From Promethearchaeota archaeon (GTDB lineage: Archaea > Asgardarchaeota > Lokiarchaeia > Sigyniarchaeales > SOKP01), in assembly GCA_016926735.1 (NCBI GenBank), contig JAFGOA010000215.1:1-64000 (forward strand): a stretch of 64,000 bases of DNA, in the 5' to 3' direction. The notes under the pieces are model-generated. The model did no database searches, was not told the DNA's origin, and worked only from the letters and a program-made list of their open reading frames with translations. Positions 37,063 to 47,434 of this stretch are shown here, piece after piece. Position 1 is the stretch's first letter, and every line of letters starts with the position of its first letter. The position numbers and the translations under genes are program-made.

Positions 37063-37200
37063 AAAAGATTTTATATAATAAAAATTTGATATTAAGCTAA
37101 TCTAATTAATCCTATTGTCTTTTAATAATAAATTTTAAACTAAATTTTTATAAGGATATCTAATATTAAATATATTTATTCTATAGAAAATGAAAAAATT

Positions 37201-38130
37201 ATGAAAAAACAATATTTAATTTCTGTAAGTATAATTATTACAATTATTATTATATTAGGAATCATATATTACAATGATATATTAACCTTTTTTAATATTA
37301 CTAGTGAATTAAATAAACTAAAAGTTAATTTAATTATCATTAATTTATTGGTTTATGTTATAAGAACATTATTAATAAAACTAATCAATATTTTGTTAAA
37401 ATATAAAATGTTGAGATTTTTAATTACTTTTCTCTTGAATATTATATGGATTGGATTTCTATTTTGGCTAATTTTTATCCTATCTCCTGAGTTAGGTATA
37501 GCAATTGTGTCTTTTCTAATTGTATCGATATCTCTAACATTTAAAGATAGAATTAGTAACATAACATCTAGCATAATGATATTAGTATCAAAATCTATAG
37601 ATATTGGTGATTTAATTGAAACAAATAATTATCAAGGAATTGTGTCTAAAATAACATTAAATTATACAAAATTGGTAGATTTTTCAGGAATTGAAATATT
37701 TTTACCTAATATAAATATATACAATGCATCTATTAAGAGATTCACTCAAAATATATCACGATTATCTGAAGAAAAAGATTATGAATTGCATGACTATATT
37801 AAAATCTTTCAAGATCTTATAACATTTAAAGAGGAAAAATTCACTCGATATATTAAGACTGTAGAAATTCCTTACAGTTTCATAAACAAGGAATTAAATG
37901 AACAATTAACGATTCCTTTTGATAAATATACACAATTGCTAGGAATCAGACCATTTGCTTATGCAAATTATACAAATTTTAACCGTCTTAATTTTACTTT
38001 ACAACTATTATCTAAAGATCCTAATATGATAATAACATATAAAAATCAATTTATGAAAGACATATTATATGAATTGGCATCAGAAAAAATAATGTTTAAT
38101 TCCAATTTAAATAATTTGGAGGAAGAATAA
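37201..38130 (+). CDS. MscS-family mechanosensitive channel
   Basis: TMs, then KD.ISN...IGDLIE...G.V.KI.L.YT....PN. Confidence 0.8.
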   Translation: MKKQYLISVSIIITIIIILGIIYYNDILTFFNITSELNKLKVNLIIINLLVYVIRTLLIKLINILLKYKMLRFLITFLLNIIWIGFLFWLIFILSPELGIAIVSFLIVSISLTFKDRISNITSSIMILVSKSIDIGDLIETNNYQGIVSKITLNYTKLVDFSGIEIFLPNINIYNASIKRFTQNISRLSEEKDYELHDYIKIFQDLITFKEEKFTRYIKTVEIPYSFINKELNEQLTIPFDKYTQLLGIRPFAYANYTNFNRLNFTLQLLSKDPNMIITYKNQFMKDILYELASEKIMFNSNLNNLEEE

Positions 38131-39006
38131 ATGGCATATTTTAGCACTGATTTAGAAGCATTTATTGTTATAATTATTATAGTTATAATATATTATATAA
38201 TTGGTAAAGTATTATCCAGTTTAATAAATAAACTTGATAGGTTAAATAGACGACAAAAAGTTATTCCCCCCTTTATATATAATTTATTGTCATTGATTCT
38301 GATCCTTTTTTTAGTTTTTAATGGATTTCCTATATTTGAGTCAATTGATCAACAATATTTGGGTGTTTTAATTGCTTCAGTTAGTACAGCAATAGCATTT
38401 GCTACAAGTGGAGTATTTTCAAATCTTATTTCCGGATTAGTATTATTATTAATTCATCCTTTTGATCTAGGAGATTTCATTGGGATAAAAGGAGATATTG
38501 GAATAGTTAGATCTATTCAACTTACTAGAACGATAATAGAAACAACAGATAATATTTTAATTGAAAAATCTAATAATGAACTTATTTCTTCTAATATAAC
38601 TAATTATTCTATTGGACTAAAAAAAGTAAAAAAAATGAATATTTTAAGACAAGATATTTTGAATAAAGGTTCAACTGTCTTAGATATAAAAGATAATACA
38701 ATAGAAGAAGACAAATCTATTCAAAATAAGATAAATTCATGGATAAAGACAGTCAGATCTAAGAAAATTCATAATTATTTTTTTAATATGCATTTTCCAT
38801 ATATAGGTTTTGATGAAAAAATTAAAAAAGTAAATGATATAGCCATATTATATAAATCAGAATTTGAATTTCAACCTACTTATTTTATTTTTACTTTTGA
38901 TGCTTTTATAACTGTTCGATTTAGAATATTAACTGATGATGCTGAAAAGATCCTTGAATTTCAACCGAAATTTGCAGAAGAGATTGCACGAATTATCGCT
39001 GAATAA
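38131..39006 (+). CDS. MscS-family mechanosensitive channel
   Basis: AIAFA...FSNLISG..LL..HPF.LGD.I.I.G..G.V..I.L..T. Confidence 0.85.
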   Translation: MAYFSTDLEAFIVIIIIVIIYYIIGKVLSSLINKLDRLNRRQKVIPPFIYNLLSLILILFLVFNGFPIFESIDQQYLGVLIASVSTAIAFATSGVFSNLISGLVLLLIHPFDLGDFIGIKGDIGIVRSIQLTRTIIETTDNILIEKSNNELISSNITNYSIGLKKVKKMNILRQDILNKGSTVLDIKDNTIEEDKSIQNKINSWIKTVRSKKIHNYFFNMHFPYIGFDEKIKKVNDIAILYKSEFEFQPTYFIFTFDAFITVRFRILTDDAEKILEFQPKFAEEIARIIAE

Positions 39007-39028
39007 TTTTTTTTCTTTTCTTTTTTTT
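39007..39028 (+). terminator. Oligo-T terminator
   Basis: T8-C-T4-C-T8 directly after the stop codon. Confidence 0.55.
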
Positions 39029-39173
39029 AGCATAATACATAATTTATAGATTATAGATTTTTTTAAAGAATTCAAATTATTGATATAAAGTGAATAAAAA
39101 TTAATTAAAATTTATAATACAAATTATTTTATAGATTGTAAAACATAATACTTAGATTGTTATTAAATTAAAG

Positions 39174-39737
39174 GTGATAAAAATAACAGAAAAAATACAA
39201 AAAACAAACTACAGAACTACAAATTTACTAGTAGGACTAATATTGGTATTTATAGCAATAATTGCGTTGTTTTATCCTGATATTACTAATCAAATTGTAA
39301 TAGTTATTCTTTCAATGGGTTTATTATTCATTGGTACAGCAAGAGTAGTGAATGCAGTATCAAAAGGAGAATTTAAAAATATTGACGTAGAGGCACGATT
39401 TCTTTCAGGAGTAATAGCAATAATAGTTGGAATCACTGCAATAATAACGATTATCCGGGATACCGGATTAGCTCTTGATATTTGGTATTATTTATTAGCT
39501 ACTGCTCTTTTAATTATCGGATTATCCAGGATAATTGTTGGATTAAAAATGAAAGAAGAAGTTGAAAAATGGTTTAAATATTATACTTTATTTACAGGCA
39601 TAGCAACTATCATATTTTCGATTATAGTTTATATAATTCCAGAAGCTGGTGGTATATATATTGTTGTATTAATATCATTATCATTATTGCTGAATGGAGT
39701 CCATAAGATAATTCTTAGTATTATAGGTCCAAAATAA
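39174..39737 (+). CDS. HdeD/DUF308-family membrane protein
   Basis: Six TM in repeated G-rich hairpins. Confidence 0.75.
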   Translation: MIKITEKIQKTNYRTTNLLVGLILVFIAIIALFYPDITNQIVIVILSMGLLFIGTARVVNAVSKGEFKNIDVEARFLSGVIAIIVGITAIITIIRDTGLALDIWYYLLATALLIIGLSRIIVGLKMKEEVEKWFKYYTLFTGIATIIFSIIVYIIPEAGGIYIVVLISLSLLLNGVHKIILSIIGPK

Positions 39738-39743
39738 TTATTT

Positions 39744-40823
39744 TTACAACCATTTTTTTTTTTTAAAATATAAAATCATTATAATAGCAATAAGAATCAT
39801 CAATAATATTAAAATTGGATATCCAAATGGAGATTTTAATTCAGGCATATCAAGGAAATTCATTCCATAAAATCCTGCAAGAAATGATAAGGGTATAAAT
39901 ACTGTAGATATAATAGTAAGTACTTTCATGATATCATTCATTTTGTTGCTTACACTTGATAAATACAGATCTAACATTCCGGTAATGATATCTCTACTGT
40001 TTTGTAATGAATCATTTATAAGATAAATATGATCATAGATATCCCTTAGATAAAATTGCATTTTTTCACTAGTTAATATTTGATCTTCACGTTGAAATTT
40101 ATTAATTATTTCTCTTACAGGCCATATCGATTTTCTAATTTCAATAATATTTCTTTTTAATTTATATATAGAATGTAATATTTCTATATGAGGTTCTTCT
40201 ATTAATTTATCTTCTATAAGTTCTATAGTTTCATTAATCGTTTCTTGTATAATTATATAATCATCAATAATAATATCTAAAAGTGTATATAGTAAATAAT
40301 CTGCGCCCATCTCTCGAACTCTCCCTTTTGGTATCATAATTCTATCAAATATTGGATTAAAAATATCAGATTCTTGTTCTCGAAAGGTAATTACATACTT
40401 TTTCCCTAAAATTAGACTAATCTGTTCTGTACCAAATACCTTGTCTTCATTATTCCAAATCACTTTTTTTAAAACAATAAAAGTAAACTCTCCATAATGT
40501 TCATATTTTGGCGCTTGATTTGTATTTAAGATATCCTCTAAGACTAGAGGATGAAAACCAAATAAAAAACCTAAATCTTCAATTACGTTTATATCTGTTA
40601 TTCCATCAATAATTATCCATCTAATTTTTAATGAATCTATTTCACTAATTTCTTTTTCTATTTTAAGATATTCTTTTATTATATATTCATTTTTATCATA
40701 ATCTATTACTTTGATCTTTGTATGCTCCATTTTTTTTTCTGCTGTAACTATTAAACTCCCTGGAGGTAAACCAGCCTTCTTCCTTGATTTTTTTAAGTTT
40801 TTTTTTTTACTTATTTTAAAAAT
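39744..40823 (-). CDS. corA: Mg/Co transporter CorA; start extended to ATT at 40823
   Basis: HPLVLEDI, EQIS, YLRDIYDH, MNDIMKVLT, YGMNF; conserved KKAGLPPG lies upstream of the ORF-track ATG; GGTGA SD at 40834-40830. Confidence 0.95.
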   Translation of the reverse strand: MFKISKKKNLKKSRKKAGLPPGSLIVTAEKKMEHTKIKVIDYDKNEYIIKEYLKIEKEISEIDSLKIRWIIIDGITDINVIEDLGFLFGFHPLVLEDILNTNQAPKYEHYGEFTFIVLKKVIWNNEDKVFGTEQISLILGKKYVITFREQESDIFNPIFDRIMIPKGRVREMGADYLLYTLLDIIIDDYIIIQETINETIELIEDKLIEEPHIEILHSIYKLKRNIIEIRKSIWPVREIINKFQREDQILTSEKMQFYLRDIYDHIYLINDSLQNSRDIITGMLDLYLSSVSNKMNDIMKVLTIISTVFIPLSFLAGFYGMNFLDMPELKSPFGYPILILLMILIAIIMILYFKKKKWL

Positions 40824-40971
40824 ATTTTTTCACCAGATTTTATTCTTTTAATGAATTAGATTCTTGATTATGATTTATACTAATTTTTTTGTAATATTTA
40901 AAATTAATTTTTATTTTAGTTGGTTAAAATAATATCTATATAATAATATTAATTAGAAAAAGAGTCTTTTT

Positions 40972-41376
40972 TTAATAAGATTCTTTTCGAGTAAGTAGAT
41001 AAAAATAGAACCCTATCACACCCATTATATAAAATATAAAAACCATTATAATATTATAAATAGCCAGCTGTCCCACATATATCATTGATCCAAAATTAAA
41101 GGTACCTATAATAAATGAAAAGAAGACCATAATTATCACTAGAAATTTTAAGATTTCTTTATTATTCAAAATTAAAGCATATATAATGACAAAAATAAGA
41201 GTGATATTGTAGATAGTGAGGTATAATGCCCATCCAGAGGGAGCCCAAATAAATGAATCTGAGCTTAATTCTGATAATGAAAATTGTATTAATATAGTAA
41301 GCGTTATGATTATTATCCATATGAATAAATATAATCTAAAAATATTATCTTTAGAAATTTTTATTTGAATGCTCAT
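40972..41376 (-). CDS. Hypothetical 4-TM membrane protein
   Basis: Four hydrophobic segments. Confidence 0.6.
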   Translation of the reverse strand: MSIQIKISKDNIFRLYLFIWIIIITLTILIQFSLSELSSDSFIWAPSGWALYLTIYNITLIFVIIYALILNNKEILKFLVIIMVFFSFIIGTFNFGSMIYVGQLAIYNIIMVFIFYIMGVIGFYFYLLTRKESY

Positions 41377-41494
41377 ATTATTGATTTATTTTTATAAGTA
41401 TATAAATTTTGTACTATAATAATAAAAATTTTATTTTAAAACCAATTAATTATTTCAAACTATTTGATTTTTTAATTAATACTATAATATCAAT

Positions 41495-42949
41495 TTGATT
41501 TTGATGTCTGAAACTAAAGTTATTATTGGTCTTGAAGTACATATTCAATTGACAAATCTTAATACAAAACTATTCTGTGGTTGTAATAGTGATTATCGGG
41601 GAAAAGAACAAAATACATTAGTTTGTCCAATTTGTTTAGGATTACCAGGTTCACTACCAGTTCTAAATGAAAAGGCAATAGAATTTGCAACGAGGTTAGC
41701 TCTTGCTTTAAATTGTAAGATAAATGAAGAATTTTGGTTTTTTAGAAAGAATTATTTCTATCCAGATCTTCCTAAAGCATTTCAAATAAGTCAATATAAT
41801 AAAGCTGGAGGAAAAGCTTTTGGAGATGGTGGAACTATAAAAATTCGATTAGACGGAGAAAAAAAAGAGATTAACCTAGATAGAATTCATTTAGAAGAGG
41901 ATCCTGCAAAATTAGTCCATAAAGGAAGTATTGCGTCATCACCATATACACTTGTGGATTATAATCGTTCTGGAATTTCACTTATAGAAATAGTATCTCA
42001 ACCAGTAATGAAATCTCCAGAAGAAGCAAGAGAGTTTTTAAATCAATTAAAATCTATTATACAATATACTGAAATTGCAGATTTGAATTTGGAAGGATCA
42101 GTAAGAGTGGATGCTAATATTTCAATTGAAGGTAATCCTCGTTCAGAGGTTAAGAATATAAATAGTTTTAAAGAAGTTGAGCGAGCATTAAAATGGGAGA
42201 TACAAAGGCAACGAAATGCAATAAAACGAGGGAAAGAACTCATTCAAGAAACAAGACATTGGGATGATAAAAGAAGAATTACTATTGGATTAAGAACAAA
42301 AGAATTTGAGAAAGATTATCGATACTTTCCTGAACAAGATCTAGTTCCAATCAATATAGATGGAAAATATGTGGAAAATATAAAAAAGAACCTTCCAGAA
42401 ATGCCTGATCAACGAATGAAAAGAATTCAGGAACAATATGGATTATCTGAATTTGATTCTGAAATATTAGTTCTTGATAAAAATATAGCAGATTTTTTTG
42501 AAGAAGGAGTAAAAGAAATTGAAGTATTAGGCCAAGAAGGATTTAAATTATTTTGTAATTGGTTAATGGGAGATATTTCTCGATGGTTAAATGAAAATAA
42601 TAAAAATATTAATGAAACACAATTACAACCACATCAAATATCTAAATTAATAGAATATATAGATAAAGGGAAAATAACGGGAAAGATTGCAAAAAGCTTT
42701 ATTAATGATATGATGAAAGGTATTCCTGTAGAGGAAATATTAGAGAAAACAGGTAAACAAAGGATAGCAGATGAAAAAACGCTCTCTAAAATTATAGATG
42801 ATGTATTTCAAGAAAACCCCGAAATAGTTAAAGATTATAAAAGAAATCCACGAGCATTAGAAGCATTAATAGGTAAATGTATGCAAAAAACTAGAGGACA
42901 AGCTGATCCAAATATTACACGCAATTTAATTTTAGAAAAAATTAAATAA
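41495..42949 (+). CDS. gatB: Asp/Glu-tRNA amidotransferase subunit B
   Basis: IGLEVH.QL, CPICLGLPG.LP, RKNYFYPDLPK, HLEED, DYNR.G, R.D.N.S, YRYFPE.DL; likely start ATG 41504. Confidence 0.96.
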   Translation: MILMSETKVIIGLEVHIQLTNLNTKLFCGCNSDYRGKEQNTLVCPICLGLPGSLPVLNEKAIEFATRLALALNCKINEEFWFFRKNYFYPDLPKAFQISQYNKAGGKAFGDGGTIKIRLDGEKKEINLDRIHLEEDPAKLVHKGSIASSPYTLVDYNRSGISLIEIVSQPVMKSPEEAREFLNQLKSIIQYTEIADLNLEGSVRVDANISIEGNPRSEVKNINSFKEVERALKWEIQRQRNAIKRGKELIQETRHWDDKRRITIGLRTKEFEKDYRYFPEQDLVPINIDGKYVENIKKNLPEMPDQRMKRIQEQYGLSEFDSEILVLDKNIADFFEEGVKEIEVLGQEGFKLFCNWLMGDISRWLNENNKNINETQLQPHQISKLIEYIDKGKITGKIAKSFINDMMKGIPVEEILEKTGKQRIADEKTLSKIIDDVFQENPEIVKDYKRNPRALEALIGKCMQKTRGQADPNITRNLILEKIK

Positions 42950-42983
42950 ATTTAAAAAAAAAATTATTTATTATTTAAAATTT

Positions 42984-43730
42984 CTATTGTACAACCGTAA
43001 TCCACTTATTTTGTGGATAGAGTATATTTGCTATCATCAGTGCGTGAAAAGCATTAGTATAAAAGATTGGATCTAAATTAACGGATATGTAATCATAATT
43101 ATCTATATTATTTTTATATGAATGATCTAGATACATATATACACATGGAAAAGGTAATATTTGAACACCAATTCCGAATTTTGCATCCCTATTTCCTCTA
43201 CAATTTATATGGTATATCCATAATAATATAGTTAACACAATAGCAACTATTATGACTACAGTCACAGCTGCAGCTATAGCAACAGTAGTAAGAGAAACTG
43301 AAGAAGCGATTAGGCTTATTAAGGGGACGACTATTGTACTGAACGCAGAATGGCCTGAGGCCACACCAATTGCAAAATTGAGTAGACTTAATCCAGATAA
43401 GGCCATATTTACTGCAGAAATTCCTGTGGAAATAATTGCATTTGCAAGATTTAAATCTAAATTAAACCATAATACATATAAGCTATACATAAAAGATGTT
43501 AATACATAATGTTTAAATGCAAAACTATGTTCCGATTCTGATACTGATTGAGATGTCTTAAGAGCAGAGCTAAAATCATCTAATTCTGATATATTCTCTT
43601 CAGATTGAGTACTTGTTAGCGAGGTTATAAGTACACCACTTATAGAAGATATTAGAATTATTGATACTAAAAGACTAATTTTTATTGCACTTCTTCTTTC
43701 AATTAATTTCTCATTTATTTTAAAATTCAT
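42984..43730 (-). CDS. Exported hydrophobic Ala/Ser-rich protein of unknown function
   Basis: Signal/anchor, acidic spacer ending LKTS, long hydrophobic helical core, Cys pair. Confidence 0.6.
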   Translation of the reverse strand: MNFKINEKLIERRSAIKISLLVSIILISSISGVLITSLTSTQSEENISELDDFSSALKTSQSVSESEHSFAFKHYVLTSFMYSLYVLWFNLDLNLANAIISTGISAVNMALSGLSLLNFAIGVASGHSAFSTIVVPLISLIASSVSLTTVAIAAAVTVVIIVAIVLTILLWIYHINCRGNRDAKFGIGVQILPFPCVYMYLDHSYKNNIDNYDYISVNLDPIFYTNAFHALMIANILYPQNKWITVVQ

Positions 43731-43796
43731 ATTTTTTCGCCTATTTATTATATTAGTTAATTTTTAGAACGTTATTATAAATTCATTGATATCGTT

Positions 43797-43822
43797 ATAT
43801 AAATCGATCAGGTCTAGGTTTT
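43797..43822 (-). promoter_or_regulatory. G(T/A)CC-box + TATA promoter of 42984..43730
   Basis: Sense strand AAAACCTAGACC-TGATCGA-TTTATAT; shares CCTGATC..TTTATAT with the promoter at 1398-1424. Confidence 0.45.
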
Positions 43823-43872
43823 TCCAAAAATTTAGAATAAGTATTTATGAGGTTTTTTTTATTCAAATAGAC

Positions 43873-45180
43873 TTAGCTAAGCTTATTTTTATCTTTTTGA
43901 CTTCTATATTTAGAATCTATTTTATCTACTTTATCTTTCAGTTCATTATATAAATCAAGAAACTCAGAAGAGACACAGATAGGAGTTTTTCCTAATTCAT
44001 CAATTATCAAATTATACTCTTTTTCATTAGTAAAAATATTCTTAAATTTATTTTCTATTTGCTGAGGAACTTTCCCATATTCAGATGATAAAATATATTC
44101 ACTCTCATCTCTGATAAATTCAGAAGGTATGTGAGCAAAATATTTTTTTATTAAATTATATGCTTCCTTATATTCGTTCATATCTATGCATGATTTTTTT
44201 AATAGTCTTTTGAATTCTTTTTCAAAATCATTTGAAAAATTAACTAAGCATTCTCTTAATATTTTTGATGTTTTTGAGGCAATTAAACCTACTGTAATAT
44301 ATTCTGTTCTATTTAATGTGAGTATACCATTAAAAAGATTAATATCTATTAGACCTCCTCTTCTCATTATTTCTTCGCTCATTACCTCTACTGCATTAAG
44401 AAATCCTGTGAACATTATCTCATTTATATCTGAATCAGACCAATCAAAATCAAATAATGGATTTCCATCATGATCTCTTACAATAATTCTAAAAACTTTA
44501 TAACGCAATACAAAGAGAAGTTTTGGCTCCTGATAAAGCCTTAAGACTCCAATTGAAAATCCAATTACTAATGGAATATTTAAAAATGTATAAAAATATG
44601 GTTCAATATAATGTATAAAAATAATTAAGATAGCTCCAATTGTTGCAATATTTGTACCCATAAAAATTTGAAAGCCTTTTTTTTTTATTGGAAGAGGTGC
44701 ACTCATCCAAGTTTTAAATCCCCAAAAGAAAACATAACAAGCAATAAAAATATGATAAAGCAAAATTATAATTAAAAATAATCCCATCCATGACGTTCTT
44801 AAATACCCATATATGCTTGTTATTTGAACTGCTTCAGGTTGTATTCCTAAATATATAAGAAGTATACCTAGACTACATATAATTACAAAATAACTGGAAA
44901 AAATCGTTTCTTTCATTGTATAATTAACAAAAATAGCAACAAAAAATGCAAGAGGAAACCATAATATTCCACTTATACGGGCAAAGATATTATTTTCAAA
45001 TAATAAGGAAAATATATTGAATAAATTCATAATACCAAATAATCCCGCAACTATACTATAATAAAGAATAGAAGGTATTTTCAAAGATCTTGATCTAATT
45101 TGAAATAAAATTGTTGCTAAAATTGAAAGAGTAGCCATTAAAATTCCGTTAATAATTTCCAATATAAATAATATTTCCAT
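43873..45180 (-). CDS. 7TM membrane receptor fused to a cytoplasmic longin domain and helical tail
   Basis: Seven hydrophobic helices, then IIV.D..G.PLF...F..FL.AV...SEEI...G....I (longin pattern). Confidence 0.75.
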   Translation of the reverse strand: MEILFILEIINGILMATLSILATILFQIRSRSLKIPSILYYSIVAGLFGIMNLFNIFSLLFENNIFARISGILWFPLAFFVAIFVNYTMKETIFSSYFVIICSLGILLIYLGIQPEAVQITSIYGYLRTSWMGLFLIIILLYHIFIACYVFFWGFKTWMSAPLPIKKKGFQIFMGTNIATIGAILIIFIHYIEPYFYTFLNIPLVIGFSIGVLRLYQEPKLLFVLRYKVFRIIVRDHDGNPLFDFDWSDSDINEIMFTGFLNAVEVMSEEIMRRGGLIDINLFNGILTLNRTEYITVGLIASKTSKILRECLVNFSNDFEKEFKRLLKKSCIDMNEYKEAYNLIKKYFAHIPSEFIRDESEYILSSEYGKVPQQIENKFKNIFTNEKEYNLIIDELGKTPICVSSEFLDLYNELKDKVDKIDSKYRSQKDKNKLS

Positions 45181-45217
45181 TTTTAAACTCCTTTATTTTG
45201 TTATATCATCTAAAATT

Positions 45218-45937
45218 TTACTTTTTTACTAAATTTTCATTCAAATTTTCTCTTAATTTTGGAGAAAGCATGATCAATTTTTCAGGTTTATCGAAAAATT
45301 GGATTATATCTTGGTTTAAGAAATTTTTAATTCTATAATTGACATTTTCCCTTTTTTCATTTATCATTTTATAAATATTTGGTTTCTTTAGATGTGCATG
45401 ATTGAGTAATAGTCTAATAATTTTCCTATTGAGCTCATCTTTCATAAGGAAATTCAATATACATAAGTTTTTATCTAATTCTTCTGGAATAAAGAGGGTA
45501 TGATTTCCAATTTTAACTTTTTTAATATAATTAAATTTAAGTAACATCTCTAGATGCCATATAAGTTGGCCTCCACTACCAGACTTGCTTGTAAATACAT
45601 TTTCTCTAATATATGTAAATGTAGCACCTTGATTTTTATATATTACTTTAACAATCTTTTTTCTATAGAGATTTGATAAGATTGTTTCTTTTGTATGCTT
45701 AGAACCATTTATCAAAATTTTATTATTAATTAAGAATTGAATGATTTCTAAAATACGTGTTCCTCGTAATTCTAATTGTTTTACAGCGATATCATAAAGA
45801 TTTTTGATTTTGAGCACTCTATTTTTGCTTATCATTTCTTGAGCAATTGTAATAACCTTCTGTACATGGGAATGGTCTAAAGCTAATGAACCACTTCTAT
45901 TATTCTGTTTGGTTTCAATTCTATTAAAGTTCATCAT
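45218..45937 (-). CDS. Multi-wHTH transcriptional regulator; paralog of 22932..23582
   Basis: IL.N.YR.KI...I..N.G...LIWHLEMLLKFNYIK, plus a C-terminal HTH. Confidence 0.8.
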   Translation of the reverse strand: MMNFNRIETKQNNRSGSLALDHSHVQKVITIAQEMISKNRVLKIKNLYDIAVKQLELRGTRILEIIQFLINNKILINGSKHTKETILSNLYRKKIVKVIYKNQGATFTYIRENVFTSKSGSGGQLIWHLEMLLKFNYIKKVKIGNHTLFIPEELDKNLCILNFLMKDELNRKIIRLLLNHAHLKKPNIYKMINEKRENVNYRIKNFLNQDIIQFFDKPEKLIMLSPKLRENLNENLVKK

Positions 45938-46150
45938 CTCTTACGTATAGGTATTATTAGAACATTTGATTTATAAAATTTTTGGATATATAGTCTTGAA
46001 ACTTAATATTGATAATTGTAATTTAATATATGGAAAAATATTCCTTTAAATATAAATTTGAGAAATCTTAAGTTTAAACTTTTATTTTAGATAATGATAA
46101 ATCATCATAATCTATACTATTTGAGAAAATAATAAAGATAAAAAGAAATT

Positions 46151-46501
46151 TTAAAGTTTTGCTTCCAAAGATTTAGTAGCAGAATGTAATTTTAGATTGA
46201 TAATTCCTAATTTAGCATCAACGGTAGTGATGATACAAAGAATATTACCTTTTACTTCCGAAAACAATATTTTACCATTTTCACTTTCGATAATTGCATT
46301 ATTAAATTTTCCTTGTTCTAATTCTTTAGTTGCTCTCTGACTTGCTTTAAGAATAAGGGTTACCATTGCTGCTACAGCATCCGGATCAATCCATCCGGGT
46401 ACTGCACTACCTTTAATTAAACCAAATTTTTCAATTAAAGCTGCTCCATGAACACCTTTTATTGATTTTAAACTCTCAAGAACTGCTCCTATTTCACTCA
46501 T
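46151..46501 (-). CDS. Roadblock/LC7 (MglB-like) protein
   Basis: GV.GA.LI...GL, AVAAM, EL..G......IE.E.GKI, KLG.I. Confidence 0.9.
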   Translation of the reverse strand: MSEIGAVLESLKSIKGVHGAALIEKFGLIKGSAVPGWIDPDAVAAMVTLILKASQRATKELEQGKFNNAIIESENGKILFSEVKGNILCIITTVDAKLGIINLKLHSATKSLEAKL

Positions 46502-46782
46502 TTATCTCAATTTTACTAATCTATATTAATTTATATATTTCAATTAATTGTTATGTTTTATATTCTTTTCTATCTTTATTTCTTTTTTTAATTATTATAT
46601 AAATGTTAGAGAATTTTTAAAATTATAATTAATTACATATTATTATTTAGTATTTCTTTTTTAACCCCATATTGTATATTGGATAAAATATTTAAAGAAT
46701 TCCATAGGAAATAAAGAAACCTTTTATATTATTTATTCCTAAATTTATATATTTAACTTTGTCAAAGAGTAAATAGATTATA

Positions 46783-47418
46783 ATGAAAAAGAAAACTATT
46801 CGAAATATTGAGGAAGTATCTAATGAATATTATATAGAATTCATGAAAGGTGCAAAACTAATGCATCAATTATGTATAGACTTTACAAAACAGAAATTAA
46901 ATAAAAATAATTTGAATACGGTAATAGAATGTGAAAGTCATTGTGATAGAATAAAGGAAGAATATATAGAAATTCTTTTTAAAAGTAAAAGAGCATTACC
47001 CTTTTTAGTCGAAGATCGTTATAAGATTATTACATATGTTGACCAGGTTTTAGGAAGAATTGAATACTTTTCACGATTTTTAAAAATATATCCTTTTAAT
47101 TTAGATAAAGATTATATCAAACAATTTAAGGAACTTTCAGACATAATACTAACAATAATAGAAGAATTGGTTAAAACCTTACATCTTATAGAAAATAATT
47201 TCGATGAAGCTTTCAAAAAGACCTATACAATTCAAACCCAACGTCGAGATGCAAGAAAGATAAGATTTTCATTGTTAGAAAATATTTATAAAAATTCTGA
47301 TGCAAATAAATTATTTTTAACATCTGAATTAGTTAATAATCTGTATCATATTGCGGGATTTATAGAGGATATTGCGGATTATTTAAGAGGATTAATTATA
47401 AAATACCCTAGTAGATAA
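46783..47418 (+). CDS. DUF47/PhoU-like Pit accessory protein
   Basis: E..CD.IK, PF..EDR, IEDIAD; directly upstream of pit. Confidence 0.85.
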   Translation: MKKKTIRNIEEVSNEYYIEFMKGAKLMHQLCIDFTKQKLNKNNLNTVIECESHCDRIKEEYIEILFKSKRALPFLVEDRYKIITYVDQVLGRIEYFSRFLKIYPFNLDKDYIKQFKELSDIILTIIEELVKTLHLIENNFDEAFKKTYTIQTQRRDARKIRFSLLENIYKNSDANKLFLTSELVNNLYHIAGFIEDIADYLRGLIIKYPSR

Positions 47419-47434
47419 TATAGGAGGTTTTTTA

